Assembly (NCBI GenBank): GCA_049472395.1
Contig: JBLIRR010000009.1
Coordinates: forward strand, 59,710-123,709
DNA length: 64,000 nucleotides
Reading direction: 5' to 3'
DNA from: a bacterium
GTDB taxonomy: Bacteria; SZUA-182; DTGQ01; JBLIRR01
The translations under genes were made by a program, and so were the position numbers. Positions 18,707-29,356 of this stretch are shown here, one piece after another. A model generated the notes under the pieces. It was not told the origin of the DNA. It saw only the letters and a program-made list of their open reading frames with translations, and ran no database searches. Position 1 is the first letter of the stretch. Each line of letters opens with the position of its first letter.

Positions 18707-20680
18707 TTATGGAGCAGGCAGATAAATACTAAATGTGGACCCTTTGCCTTCTTCAGAAGACACTGAGATATCTCCGCCATGTTCCTTGATTATGTTATAC
18801 GAAATAGATAATCCAAGGCCTGTTCCGCCCTTGCTCCCTTTTGTAGTATAAAATGGGTCGAATATTTTATTCATTATCTCTTGATTCATACCACACCCGT
18901 TATCACTTATTTTTATAAGTATAGCATTTTTGATATATTTTGTTATAATAGTAATTTCGCCCTTTTCGTTGTGTATGGCGTGAGATGCATTCAAGAGTAT
19001 ATTCGTTATTACTTGTTCTAATCTATAGAATTTCCCCTTTATAAGAGGAAGGTCAGGCGCCAAAATTTTCTTTATATGAGGTACTCTTTTGGAGAGTTCT
19101 TCTCGTATTAAGAGCATCGTCTGCTCAATAACGAGATTAATATTCACATCATTGATATGGTTCGAAATTTCTTGCCGGGAAAACTCTTTGAGCCCGTATG
19201 TGATTTTGTGAATACGTTCTATTCCGCATGCTATTCCATCCATAAGGGCATCGAGTCTCTCCTTGATTGCCATGTAATCTATACCTGCGGTTATAAATTG
19301 TTCGTTTCTGTATGCGCGATCTAAAATTGGTCGAATGTCTTCAATAAATTGTTTGATAACAGGAAAATTAAGCATAATGAATGTTGTCGGATTATTAATT
19401 TCATGGGCTATTCCTGAAACCATTCGGCCTAAAGAGGCCATCTTTTCAGCCTGTATAAGTTGTAGGTGTTTCCTGTCCTTCTCCTCGATAATACGAGTAA
19501 TATCAGTAATATCTTCTAATACCTCAATCACATTTTCTGGTTCTCCTTTTTCATTTAAAAGAGGGGATGCACTTACTCGATATATTCTCTTTTCATTCTT
19601 TGACACCACATGTATCTCTTGTTCCATTTCAAGCCTGCCTGTGTGGAATGCTCTCACGGCAGGACATTTTTCGCAGATTTGCTCTCTGTCCTTATAAATT
19701 GTATAGCATTTTTTGCCCCTGATCCTTTTATCCTTGAGAGTTGATTCTATTGCCTTGTTCGTCCATAATATATTCATATCTTTATCTAAAATAGAAAGCC
19801 CTACATTTACCCCCGAGACAATGGCTTTTAATTTCTCTCTTTCTGTTTTTAATTCATTTTCAATAGTGCGTTTTTCAGTAATATCGTTTCCTGAATAAAG
19901 AATGCCTATATTATTACCACTTTCATCAGATATGGGTGCATTATTCCATTCAATGAGATGTTTTTCACCCTGACTATCCACCACATATCCTTCATAATGG
20001 TGATCCTCTGCTTTATTTCCTGACAGGAGTTTTTTAAAAATTTTGGCTTCTTTATTCGCACTATTGTCCTGAGGAAGGCAGGTTTCGAACCAATTTTTAC
20101 CGATCAGTTCGTATTGAGAGCGTTTAAGAATATGTTGTGCCTTTTGATTAGCCTGAATAATGATTCCATTTCTGTTAATCACAATGAGTATGATCCCTGC
20201 TATGTCCATATATTTTCTGGCAATATCTCTTGCCTTTCGCACATATTCCGTAGATTCTATGCGTTCGACTATCTTTGATACTCTCTCTGCAACCGCATTC
20301 AGTAAAATCCTTTCTTCTTTAAGGAATGGTCCTTCATCGTGTTCAGGCTTTTTTTCTTTATAGTATATTGTTATATTTCCACGTTTTTTTTTGTGAGGAG
20401 TAATATCAGCACAGAGAGCCCATTGACTTCTGCGAAAGTGAGTGCTTCTGCATTTAAATCCATCCAGTACGATACTCGCACACGCACACTCCGAATAGCG
20501 CGATGAATGAGGGAGAATGTTAGCTATTTTCTGAAGAATTTCAAAGAGGTTCCTATTTTCTTCATCAACGATTCTTGAAATGCCATAAAGACAATTAAGT
20601 TGTTTAATGTAGGTAGTATTTTTTAATAAAATTTCGTGTTTATCTAAGTCTGCGTTGTTTTTTTTGATAATATTAACCAT
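18707..20680 (-). CDS. Cytoplasmic PAS-domain sensor histidine kinase, cognate to the 17319..18698 regulator
   Basis: PAS segments (...NDITEKR). H-box VSGIAHEINNP. HATPase NASHAI...GGTGLGLSISYNII. Overlapping stop/start with the downstream regulator. Confidence 0.8.
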   Translation of the reverse strand: MVNIIKKNNADLDKHEILLKNTTYIKQLNCLYGISRIVDEENRNLFEILQKIANILPHSSRYSECACASIVLDGFKCRSTHFRRSQWALCADITPHKKKRGNITIYYKEKKPEHDEGPFLKEERILLNAVAERVSKIVERIESTEYVRKARDIARKYMDIAGIILIVINRNGIIIQANQKAQHILKRSQYELIGKNWFETCLPQDNSANKEAKIFKKLLSGNKAEDHHYEGYVVDSQGEKHLIEWNNAPISDESGNNIGILYSGNDITEKRTIENELKTEREKLKAIVSGVNVGLSILDKDMNILWTNKAIESTLKDKRIRGKKCYTIYKDREQICEKCPAVRAFHTGRLEMEQEIHVVSKNEKRIYRVSASPLLNEKGEPENVIEVLEDITDITRIIEEKDRKHLQLIQAEKMASLGRMVSGIAHEINNPTTFIMLNFPVIKQFIEDIRPILDRAYRNEQFITAGIDYMAIKERLDALMDGIACGIERIHKITYGLKEFSRQEISNHINDVNINLVIEQTMLLIREELSKRVPHIKKILAPDLPLIKGKFYRLEQVITNILLNASHAIHNEKGEITIITKYIKNAILIKISDNGCGMNQEIMNKIFDPFYTTKGSKGGTGLGLSISYNIIKEHGGDISVSSEEGKGSTFSIYLPAP

Positions 20681-20867
20681 GATTACGTAGTTACTTTTCC
20701 CTGTTTTATTATAATACGAATTGAAGATACCCTTCGATACGGTTCCTTTTATTGTTATTTAGTAAATACTAAGATTGTGAAGTATCCTATAATAACTATT
20801 TATATTTATATATAATATACTTCTTTTTTTATATTGAAAACAACAATAAATATAATGCAGCAATTCT

Positions 20868-21836
20868 TTAATTAAGAAATTCATTAAGATTTTTTTGGGT
20901 ATCGAAATACTTCATGTCCTTAGTAGAAACCCCGACCATACCAGTCGTCAGGTTAGGTCCTCTTAGGTGAGAGAAGGCGTCTATAAGCGATTGTTGCTCC
21001 CACTCGTCATCGATAATCGAAAAAATTTTTAAGGATTCTATCACAGTGTCTTCTTCCATATCGTAAATACTTTTTAAGCATTGAGTTCCTGTCACCGGAT
21101 GTTTATAGTGTATCGGATTCTGTTTTAAAAGGACGTGAGGGATGTGAGGAAAAGAATAGAAAAGAGGAATAATCTCGTCAAAGTGAATTCCTGGGAGATA
21201 ATTGAGCGCCTGCGACAGAACCTGTAGCCACTTTTTTTTGAATAATTTTTGAATAAAACAGTGTTGTGTAATGGCCTTTCCAATCAAGGGAGCTTGATTG
21301 AGGGGTATATCATATACCAAGGAAAGAAGCCAATAAAATGCGGGAGTATCTATTTCCTTATGTTTTATAATATTTCCAAACAGGAGGCTGTTGAGGTGAG
21401 CATATCTTGTAAGGCATGCGATATCGAGGGCAGTTTCGATAGTCCGGTGACGCACAAGTGCCCGCTGCTTATTTTCATTGGTGCTGACACCGCTAAAGTA
21501 AAATATCATGGGGTGAAATTGGGCATCCGCAATAATATGGGTAATTATCCCTGCAATAAGTGCCCACATCGCTTCCTTTAATGCTTCTTGTTGTTCTCTT
21601 AAAAGACGGATAAGGGGAGCGAAGCTATTTGTATTGTTTTCATGAAGAGGAAGACTTATTTCCTGAAATGACTGTGAATCTTGACCGAAGATGAAATATA
21701 AGGGGGTATCGAATATTACTGCACCAGCTAGGTAAATATGTGTATATTGTGTGATGATTGCCTTTAAGTGGGACTCCTTCTTTAATCGTTGGGCTGCTCT
21801 TTCGGCAAGAGCCCAGTGTAAGTATTCTTTCGGCAT
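20868..21836 (-). CDS. Hypothetical protein (possible metal-dependent hydrolase; His-rich)
   Basis: Long ORF with consistent coding character and no recognisable motifs beyond several His residues (HIIADAQFH). Weak resemblance to the zinc-dependent phospholipase C family, unverified. Confidence 0.35.
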   Translation of the reverse strand: MPKEYLHWALAERAAQRLKKESHLKAIITQYTHIYLAGAVIFDTPLYFIFGQDSQSFQEISLPLHENNTNSFAPLIRLLREQQEALKEAMWALIAGIITHIIADAQFHPMIFYFSGVSTNENKQRALVRHRTIETALDIACLTRYAHLNSLLFGNIIKHKEIDTPAFYWLLSLVYDIPLNQAPLIGKAITQHCFIQKLFKKKWLQVLSQALNYLPGIHFDEIIPLFYSFPHIPHVLLKQNPIHYKHPVTGTQCLKSIYDMEEDTVIESLKIFSIIDDEWEQQSLIDAFSHLRGPNLTTGMVGVSTKDMKYFDTQKNLNEFLN

Positions 21837-22333
21837 AATATCTTATGTATCTTTCATAACACTTTTCTCCGTGCGCTCCCTATTATGTCATATTCTTGGG
21901 GGATAGACAATCCTTGGCATATCATCTCAGCAATTCTGTTATGGCGCACTCCCAAAAGTATAAGGGATTCCTGGCCAACAAAACAATTAGCCATAACAGA
22001 ATTGCAGCTCATCATGAGAGGAGTAAATATATTCAATGAGTTATTAATACATGAAAACGTAAGCACATGTATAGTAGAAAATTGATAAAAGCTTATTTAG
22101 AGCATGGTACAGTGTATATGATAAGAATATCAAATGAAGCGTATCACACCTTTCTACAAGAAACAATCAGAATTCTGAGTGCAAGTTTCAGAAATCTGAT
22201 ACATACCGAAAATAATAGCAGGGAAATTTAAGGATTCACAGGACAGATGATAGTGGCATGAATTTTGGATTTGATTATCGGATGAAACTACAAAAAAATG
22301 TATGATAGACCTTGATAACTGAAGGAGAGGATC

Positions 22334-24514
22334 ATGAAAAAATGTATTATTATCGCAATTATTATAAGCATAAGTCTTTTTTACACCTCATGTATGCAGG
22401 AGAATGAGGAGGTGCCAGAAGGTGTGCGATATGACATCACTGAACCGACAATCCATGGCAGAAGGCTAGCAGCGCTCTCCTCGGTCGATGATTGTGATGA
22501 GCTGCTTGCACATTTAAAGGAGGCTGCAATAGAGGATATGGAAGCAAAGATTGATGCCTATGCATCGAGTATCGAGGAGTGCGGCGGGTGCTGTTATATG
22601 TATGTGGGCTATGCAGAGGATATGGATGGAGGGACTATTGCTACCTCAGCCAATGACACCACAAGAAATGAAGAAGGAGGGGCTTCTGAGTATTCTACAA
22701 CGAACAATCAGGTCGTTGGCGTTGATGAAGCTGATTTTATTAAGAATGATGGTTCATATATATATATTCTTGCTGATAATAAATTTCAAATAATCAAAGC
22801 ATGGCCTCCTGGTGAGGCGGAAACGGTGAGTAAGGTTGATATTGAGGGAATCCCCAAAAAACTCTTTATTTCCTCAGACAGGGCGTTAGTCTATTCAAGT
22901 GGCGACTATATCGGGATACAGAATCAGTATCCTGAGTATTATAATTACTGGTATTCCGATAATGAGTGTACCTACGGGTATGATTGCGATTTTACGGGCG
23001 ATAACCGTCGACTGAAAATAACCGTGTATGATATTTCAGATCGATCGAATCCTTCTCTTCTCAGAGAAATTCGGTTCTCAGGTTCCTTTATTAATGCTCG
23101 ACGGATAGGAAAGGCTGTGCATACAGTAATTATTTCCCCGACATTCTCATCTCCTGATATCAAATACTGGCCGGACATCCTGCAAGAGTGTTGGTACAAT
23201 TATGAGGACACACCAACACTGCAAGAGCTTCTCTCAGCATTTGAGGAGCTTAAGCAGACAAACCGTGAAATTATTGACAATTCAACTATTATTGATTGGA
23301 TTCCCAGCATAGAGGATGTGCGTTATGAGGAGAGTGGGATAGTATCTGACAGCAGTCTTATTCAAGATTGCAGTAATTTCTATGAAACCAATCGAGGGGA
23401 GCGCCAGTCTTTTCTTACCGTGTTCTCACTTGATATTGATCAGATGGGGGAGCTTCATCAAGTAAGTATTGTGGGACGTCCGGGAGCTGCCTATGCTTCT
23501 TCCTCTGCCCTTTACATAGCTGCCAGACAGCAAGTCAATTCTGCCTATGGCTGGTTCTACGAGGATAGGGCAGGCATAGAGGAGGCGAGTATGGTTCATA
23601 AATTTAGGCTGCAAGAAAATCCCGCACGATGTGAGTATGCGGGTAGTGGCGTTGTGAAAGGCAGGGTCCTTAATCAGTTTTCTATGGATGAATATGATGA
23701 TCATTTCCGTATTGCGACAACAACCGGCCATCTTCCCAGTTCGAATGTTCACAGCACATTAACTATTCTCAAGGAAGACTCAGAGGAACTGAGAATTGTC
23801 GGACAGGTTGATAATATTGCTCCTTCCGAAGATATTAGATCAGTCAGGTTCGATGATTCCAGGGCGTTTATTGTGACCTTTAAAAAAACTGATCCGCTTT
23901 TTGCCTTCAATTTGATCGACCCTACAGCGCCGAGAATTGAGGGGGAGCTGAAAATCCCCGGATATTCCACCTATATGCATCTTATGGATGAGAACCATTT
24001 GCTCACTATAGGGTATGACGCAGATGATGTAGGAGACTTTGCCTGGTTTCAGGGCATTATGTTGCAGATATTCGATGTGTCTGATATGTCCGACCCTCAA
24101 CAGGTTCACGAGGAAGTGATCGGCACACGGGGAAGCACCTCAGAGGCAGCGACAAACCACCTTGCCTTTAATTATTTTTCTCCCAAGGACCTTCTCGCGA
24201 TCCCCATAACAATCTGTGAGGGAGAAGAGGGGGGCAGTTCCTATGGCACAGAGATGACCTTCAGCGGACTGCTCGTCTATAATGTAACCGTGGAAAATGG
24301 CTTTGCAGAGCCGGGTCGTGTCTCACATGTGGAGCCGGGGACTGAAGAGAGCGCTCATGCATGTTATAATTGGTGGACAAACTCACATTCGATCGTTCAA
24401 CGGAGTATTTTCATGGATGATTATGTGTATTCCGTGGCACTTGATGAGATTAGAATTCAGAGCCTGGATAACCTGGGAAATGATATATGTGTCATAGACC
24501 TCACAGAAGAATAA
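22334..24514 (+). CDS. Secreted lipoprotein with beta-propeller domain (Beta_propel-type), paralog of the C-terminal region of 58490..62476
   Basis: Lipobox LFYTSC. Good RBS GGAGAGG. Collinear similarity to the large protein, e.g. RIEGELKIPGYSTYMHLMDENHLLTIGYD / IFDVSDMSDPQQV versus RIEGELEIPGWSTHIEPRGERLIALGVDD / LFDVSDMKDPQLM. Confidence 0.7.
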   Translation: MKKCIIIAIIISISLFYTSCMQENEEVPEGVRYDITEPTIHGRRLAALSSVDDCDELLAHLKEAAIEDMEAKIDAYASSIEECGGCCYMYVGYAEDMDGGTIATSANDTTRNEEGGASEYSTTNNQVVGVDEADFIKNDGSYIYILADNKFQIIKAWPPGEAETVSKVDIEGIPKKLFISSDRALVYSSGDYIGIQNQYPEYYNYWYSDNECTYGYDCDFTGDNRRLKITVYDISDRSNPSLLREIRFSGSFINARRIGKAVHTVIISPTFSSPDIKYWPDILQECWYNYEDTPTLQELLSAFEELKQTNREIIDNSTIIDWIPSIEDVRYEESGIVSDSSLIQDCSNFYETNRGERQSFLTVFSLDIDQMGELHQVSIVGRPGAAYASSSALYIAARQQVNSAYGWFYEDRAGIEEASMVHKFRLQENPARCEYAGSGVVKGRVLNQFSMDEYDDHFRIATTTGHLPSSNVHSTLTILKEDSEELRIVGQVDNIAPSEDIRSVRFDDSRAFIVTFKKTDPLFAFNLIDPTAPRIEGELKIPGYSTYMHLMDENHLLTIGYDADDVGDFAWFQGIMLQIFDVSDMSDPQQVHEEVIGTRGSTSEAATNHLAFNYFSPKDLLAIPITICEGEEGGSSYGTEMTFSGLLVYNVTVENGFAEPGRVSHVEPGTEESAHACYNWWTNSHSIVQRSIFMDDYVYSVALDEIRIQSLDNLGNDICVIDLTEE

Positions 24515-24754
24515 AATAACCGGAGTTACAAAAGTGCAGCATAATTAGGGCTTTTTAAATTTACCACAGAGAGGACAGAGGACACAAATATTTCATACTC
24601 CCTCTGTGATCTTTATGTTCTCTGTGGTAAAATAATAATCACCGTGAGGCACCTTTTCAGGTATATTGACAGGATAACAGGATTGACAAGATAATTGTAA
24701 AGTAAGGCTGGGTGAAATGAACTATAATATTCGATTAAGGGGGATACCACTTTC

Positions 24755-25630
24755 ATGAAGAAATTAGAGCCCATGATTATTATGGGACGGGACTTTAGCG
24801 TTGAGGAACTCAAGCTTATCAAGGAGATGGTGGAGTTATACCCTAAATTGAGCAGGACGGAATTGGCAAAAACCATATGCGAGAACATCTTCTGGGAAGC
24901 GCCTAATGGGATAATAAAACATAATAGTTGTCTTAAAGCGCTTGAGAAACTGGAAGAACAGGGACATATTGAACTGCCGGTGCTGCGATCACCAAAATCC
25001 AGAAAGCAAACAAAAATATGCATTACTCCGAGGAGCGATCCTGCTGAGATGATGGAGGGGCGCATAGATCAATGGGGAAGTATTACTATAGAAAAAACAA
25101 ATACAAAAAATGTTGGATTATGGAATGAATATATCGAGAGATATCACTACCTGGGATATAAAATCCCCTTTGGTCTGCATCAAAAATATTTTGTGACATT
25201 AGGGGGACGAGTGGTTGCGTGTATGTTATATACTTCCTCAGCTTGGGCGTTGGAGTGCAGAGATAAATGGATCGGATGGTCGGCAAGGCAGAAAGAAAAA
25301 AACCTCACCCGTATTGCCAATATGAGCCGCTTTCTTATATTGCCCTGGGTGAGGCTGAAGAATCTCGCCAGTTGCACCATCTCTTTATCGTCAAAGCTTA
25401 TAGAGGGGGATTGGGAGGAAAGATTTGGGTATAAGCCTGTTTTACTTGAGAGTTTTGTTGATGCTACCCTCTATAAAGGGACTTGTTACCGGGCGGCAAA
25501 CTGGATTTATCTGGGGCAGAGCAAAGGCCGTGGCAGGCAAGATCGCTATAATAAAGGTTTGTCCACTATTAAAGACGTATTTGTGTATCCACTCTGTGAT
25601 GACTTTAGAGAAGAGTTATACAAGATATGA
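24755..25630 (+). CDS. Conserved hypothetical protein, tentatively DUF4338-like
   Basis: Motifs YHYLGY and NMSRFLILPWV that I associate with DUF4338-type proteins. A possible sigma-70 promoter upstream has TTGACA-18 bp-GATAAT at about 24706-24735. Confidence 0.45.
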   Translation: MKKLEPMIIMGRDFSVEELKLIKEMVELYPKLSRTELAKTICENIFWEAPNGIIKHNSCLKALEKLEEQGHIELPVLRSPKSRKQTKICITPRSDPAEMMEGRIDQWGSITIEKTNTKNVGLWNEYIERYHYLGYKIPFGLHQKYFVTLGGRVVACMLYTSSAWALECRDKWIGWSARQKEKNLTRIANMSRFLILPWVRLKNLASCTISLSSKLIEGDWEERFGYKPVLLESFVDATLYKGTCYRAANWIYLGQSKGRGRQDRYNKGLSTIKDVFVYPLCDDFREELYKI

Positions 25631-25642
25631 CTATTCAGTAAA

Positions 25643-27001
25643 TTACATCATTGTTTTTGCTTTTTCATTCATCGAAGCTCTCTGTTGTAATTGTTTCTTA
25701 CTCTCCATCTTGTATATGGTGAAAGCAATATCTTCCGCGAGTTCTTTAAATAAACATTGCTCTTCCTTATCTTTTATCAGATACACAGAGGTGGAAACCG
25801 AAAATAATCCGTACACTGTGCCATTAAATTCAAGTCGTGTGGTCATTGCTCCCACATCACTGCAATCAGCTGCAAGCGGACAGAAAGGGCAGTCAGATGA
25901 GGGATTTTCGATGACCGTAATACCTTCATGGGAGAGGGATTTTTCTGCACAGGTGGGTAACGCGCCTTTCCCCAAAAGTTTTTTAAAGTATTGAAAATTT
26001 TTACTTTGACCTTGCCCTGTAATGAATGTAAAGTTATGGTGCTCATCCCACAGAGCTATCCATACGCTATGATAACAATGGGATTCCATAAGAGTGCTGC
26101 AAATCATTTGAATCATTTTTCTCATATTTTTTTCTTTGATACATTTCGTATGGATGCTGCGAATTTTGCTCAGAATCATATTTAGATGTCTGCTTTTCTC
26201 GTCACTTGGATAGGTGTAAAATATATTTCCCCTGATTTCAGGCTTTCTTCGTTGTGTGACATCACGGAAGATCAATACCATACCGCTAATATTTCCCTTT
26301 CCATCCTTAATGGGAGAGCCACTGTCATCAATAGGTATTTTTTTCTTTTTTTTATTTATTATTGACACATTATTCGCCACGCTCACAACCGAACCCTCTT
26401 TAAGCACTCTATTAAAAGGAATTTTAACAGATTCTCCCGTATCTTCATTGACCATTATTAATACCTCTTCGAGCAGTTTATCTTTTACTTCGGGCAGGTT
26501 CCACCCGGTGAGTTTTTCAGCCATAGGATTCATAAAGGAGATTTTTCCTGTTTTATCTGTAGTAATTACTGCATCGCCTATACTTTGCAAGGTAGTAAAG
26601 AGCCATGCCTCCTTCTCTTTTAATTGTTTTTCCATTTTATGTTTATAGAGAGCGGTTTCAATTACCCCATGGAGTTCTTTATATTGAAAAGGTTTAAAAA
26701 TAAAGCCATACGGCTCGGATTGAATCATTTCTTGCAGTGTAGTATCGTCAGCATAACCCGTCACAAAAACGATAGGAATATCAAAATCACTATGTATCAA
26801 ATGAGCAGCTTCAATACCATTCATTTCACCTTTCAGTTTGATATCCATGAGTATAAGATGCGGAGGATTTTCTTTCACCTGTTTTACCGCATCTTCCCCT
26901 GACGACACAATTGCGGAGACCTCATATCCGAGAAACTGCAGGCATCTTTTATAGTCTTCTGCGACTATAAGTTCATCCTCAACGACCATGATTTTATTCA
27001 T
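25643..27001 (-). CDS. Response regulator with receiver - PAS - Cys-rich GAF-like C-terminal domain
   Basis: Receiver IMVVEDE...LILMDIKLKGEMNG...VFVTGY. PAS ends VLIFRDVTQRRK. The C-terminal region carries CxxC...C motifs. Confidence 0.7.
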   Translation of the reverse strand: MNKIMVVEDELIVAEDYKRCLQFLGYEVSAIVSSGEDAVKQVKENPPHLILMDIKLKGEMNGIEAAHLIHSDFDIPIVFVTGYADDTTLQEMIQSEPYGFIFKPFQYKELHGVIETALYKHKMEKQLKEKEAWLFTTLQSIGDAVITTDKTGKISFMNPMAEKLTGWNLPEVKDKLLEEVLIMVNEDTGESVKIPFNRVLKEGSVVSVANNVSIINKKKKKIPIDDSGSPIKDGKGNISGMVLIFRDVTQRRKPEIRGNIFYTYPSDEKSRHLNMILSKIRSIHTKCIKEKNMRKMIQMICSTLMESHCYHSVWIALWDEHHNFTFITGQGQSKNFQYFKKLLGKGALPTCAEKSLSHEGITVIENPSSDCPFCPLAADCSDVGAMTTRLEFNGTVYGLFSVSTSVYLIKDKEEQCLFKELAEDIAFTIYKMESKKQLQQRASMNEKAKTMM

Positions 27002-27123
27002 ATTGCGCGCCTCCCCTCAGAGGCTGATAGAGTCTCTTTTTTCTCTGATAATTAAAATCTGTCATAAAAAAAAAAGGATGTCAAGAATCAAGATAAAAAT
27101 GTGGTAAAAAAATCTGTATCTCC

Positions 27124-29061
27124 TTATTCCCTCCCTGTTGGAAGATCAATAGTAATTGTTGTACCTTTGCCCTTTTCACTTTCGATGCCTATTGACCCGC
27201 CATGAATATTTACCAATTCATTGGAGATTGTAAGGCCTAATCCTGTTCCTTTTGATTTTTTCGTAAAAAAGGGGGTAAATACTTTCTCAAGATCTTCTTT
27301 ATCTATCCCCATCCCATTGTCTTTGAAGCTAATTCTGATTGCTTTTTCTTTCACGAGGTGCGCCTTAATCTCTATTTTGCCGCTATTATTCTGACAAGAT
27401 TGATATGCATTGTCTAAAATATTATTAAAGACCTCTCCGAGCTGGAATGGGTCCGCCTCGATAAACAGGTGTTTTATGGATTCACATTTATTGTCAATCG
27501 TGATACGTTTTTCAGAAAATATTTTGTTTTTATTGATAATACATTCATTAAGGAGTGTATAAATGGAGATTTTCGAATAATGAGGCATTTTTATCCGTGA
27601 GTAGGCAAGAAGATTATTAATAATCTGATTGCCTTCTGATATTTTTTTATCAATATTCTTGATATGTGTATCAATCGATGTATTATTATTTTTTCTTTTT
27701 ATGTTATAGGTTGCTGCTTGTATGACACCTAAAGGATTGCGAAGTTCGTGGGCAACTATCGCTGCAAGAGTGCCAATATCTGAGAGCCGCTTTGCTTGCT
27801 CTAATTCTTTTTGTGCGCGAAACAATTGAGTGGTCTTTTCGTTGACCAATTTTTCAATATCCTCTTTATCTCTTTTCAATATCTCTTCTGCTTTCTTTCT
27901 CTCAGTGATGTCTCTGACAATACAACTGTAAAATAATTTTTCTTTTTCCTTCCATGTAGCAAATGATAACTCAGAAGGAAATTCTGTTCCATCTTTTTTC
28001 ACACTCTCCAATTCGATAAGTTCATTGTTCATGTGCGCTTTGTCGATTGCGTCTATGTGTTTGACTATATTCTGAAGAGATGTTTTGGATAAATCAGATA
28101 TTAACATCGTGAGGGGTTTGCCTATTATTTCTTTTACTTCATAGCCATAAATAGCCTGCGCACCTTTGTTCCATGAGATTATTGTGAATTGATTATCGAT
28201 GGAAATAATCGCGTCATTGGCTGACTGCACGAGAGAATTTAACCTCATCTTGGATTCGCGAAGCGCTCTCTCGCTTTTTTTTAAATTGCTGAAAAGTAAA
28301 TTGTAAGGACTCCTTAGGCCTATCTCAACAATCGCCTTATAAATATAGTAAAATGAAAGTATCTTAAAATAATGCCCCACGAGATTGGACAGGCTGTAAG
28401 CATGAGCATACAATGTAAACGCCAGTTCTGCGCATATGGTTGTTATTATAGATACAATGATATAGTAAAATACCTTTTGTTCGATAAGGTTCTGTTTTAC
28501 CACGTGAAAGATAATTGCACAAAGAAGAATAAACGATATCATATACTCGCTCATTTTCTTAAAGCGTGTCAGTCCACCGCCTTCAATAAAACAATCGGGA
28601 AAGATCTGCCAATAAAAGATGGATCCCAATAAGAGGAGTACTGCTGAAAAATAAATGAGGAAGAGTGTCTTATTATTCTTAAGAGTAAGTTTGAGGAATA
28701 AGGGCGCGAGAAAAAGGGTTATGCTTTCAAGATACCGTGCACCAATCCATAACTGCGTTGGCAGGTTTGTTCCATATCCCTGGAATATATTCATGCCGGG
28801 GTATGTCAGCGTATGCAATAAATCAATGATGCCAATGAATAAATAGGCGATACCTAAGAACAGAAGATAACTGTTATCCGTTAATTGGCGCGAATTCCAT
28901 GCAAATATAAATATACTGGCGGCAATAATTATACTGAATAATTCAGCGATGTTGTGAAAGAGGAGATAATGGTAGAGGCTGGTGAGATAAAGGCCTAAAA
29001 GAACCATACCCCCGCAAAGAATGTGTATATAAGTGGTATATACACCAGAGTGTTCTTCCAT
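27124..29061 (-). CDS. Membrane sensor histidine kinase (multi-TM N-terminal sensor - PAS - HisKA - HATPase)
   Basis: At least 6 hydrophobic helices in the N-terminal segment. PAS ending VRDITERKKAEE. H-box AHELRNPLGVIQ. HATPase GTGLGLTISNELV. Confidence 0.8.
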   Translation of the reverse strand: MEEHSGVYTTYIHILCGGMVLLGLYLTSLYHYLLFHNIAELFSIIIAASIFIFAWNSRQLTDNSYLLFLGIAYLFIGIIDLLHTLTYPGMNIFQGYGTNLPTQLWIGARYLESITLFLAPLFLKLTLKNNKTLFLIYFSAVLLLLGSIFYWQIFPDCFIEGGGLTRFKKMSEYMISFILLCAIIFHVVKQNLIEQKVFYYIIVSIITTICAELAFTLYAHAYSLSNLVGHYFKILSFYYIYKAIVEIGLRSPYNLLFSNLKKSERALRESKMRLNSLVQSANDAIISIDNQFTIISWNKGAQAIYGYEVKEIIGKPLTMLISDLSKTSLQNIVKHIDAIDKAHMNNELIELESVKKDGTEFPSELSFATWKEKEKLFYSCIVRDITERKKAEEILKRDKEDIEKLVNEKTTQLFRAQKELEQAKRLSDIGTLAAIVAHELRNPLGVIQAATYNIKRKNNNTSIDTHIKNIDKKISEGNQIINNLLAYSRIKMPHYSKISIYTLLNECIINKNKIFSEKRITIDNKCESIKHLFIEADPFQLGEVFNNILDNAYQSCQNNSGKIEIKAHLVKEKAIRISFKDNGMGIDKEDLEKVFTPFFTKKSKGTGLGLTISNELVNIHGGSIGIESEKGKGTTITIDLPTGRE

Positions 29062-29214
29062 TTCTCTATATTAATAATGTTTTCTTATAATATGTGAATA
29101 CAACTGATGATAAAAAAATTTATATTATTATCTTATATGAAATAATAATAGAGAATTTTAATGATTATGTCAATCTCTATGCAACACTATAAACGTATGC
29201 CCTTGATCGAATGG

Positions 29215-29310
29215 CGTTGGGCCTGTGGGGGGGAATTGCGGGATGCCGGCAACCGGACGCCGGTTATACCGGCATCCAGTTGTGCGATCGGCATCCGGAA
29301 TCATTGAACC
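29215..29310. other. GC-rich structured element (nested perfect hairpins GATGCCGG...CCGGCATC enclosing AACCGG-ACG-CCGGTT) in an otherwise AT-rich intergenic region
   Basis: Read from the sequence. Local GC is far above its surroundings. It lies between the kinase start (29061) and the end of the repeat-protein gene (29357). Confidence 0.35.
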
Positions 29311-29356
29311 TCGCATTTTGATTTACATGTATATGTTTTTGCTTTATTAAAAACGG

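Noticed and set aside
21854-22333. Roughly 480-bp region without a convincing gene upstream of the 726-aa lipoprotein gene
   Set aside because: Only short ORFs (70 aa, 66 aa) with poor coding character. Treated as a long promoter/leader region.
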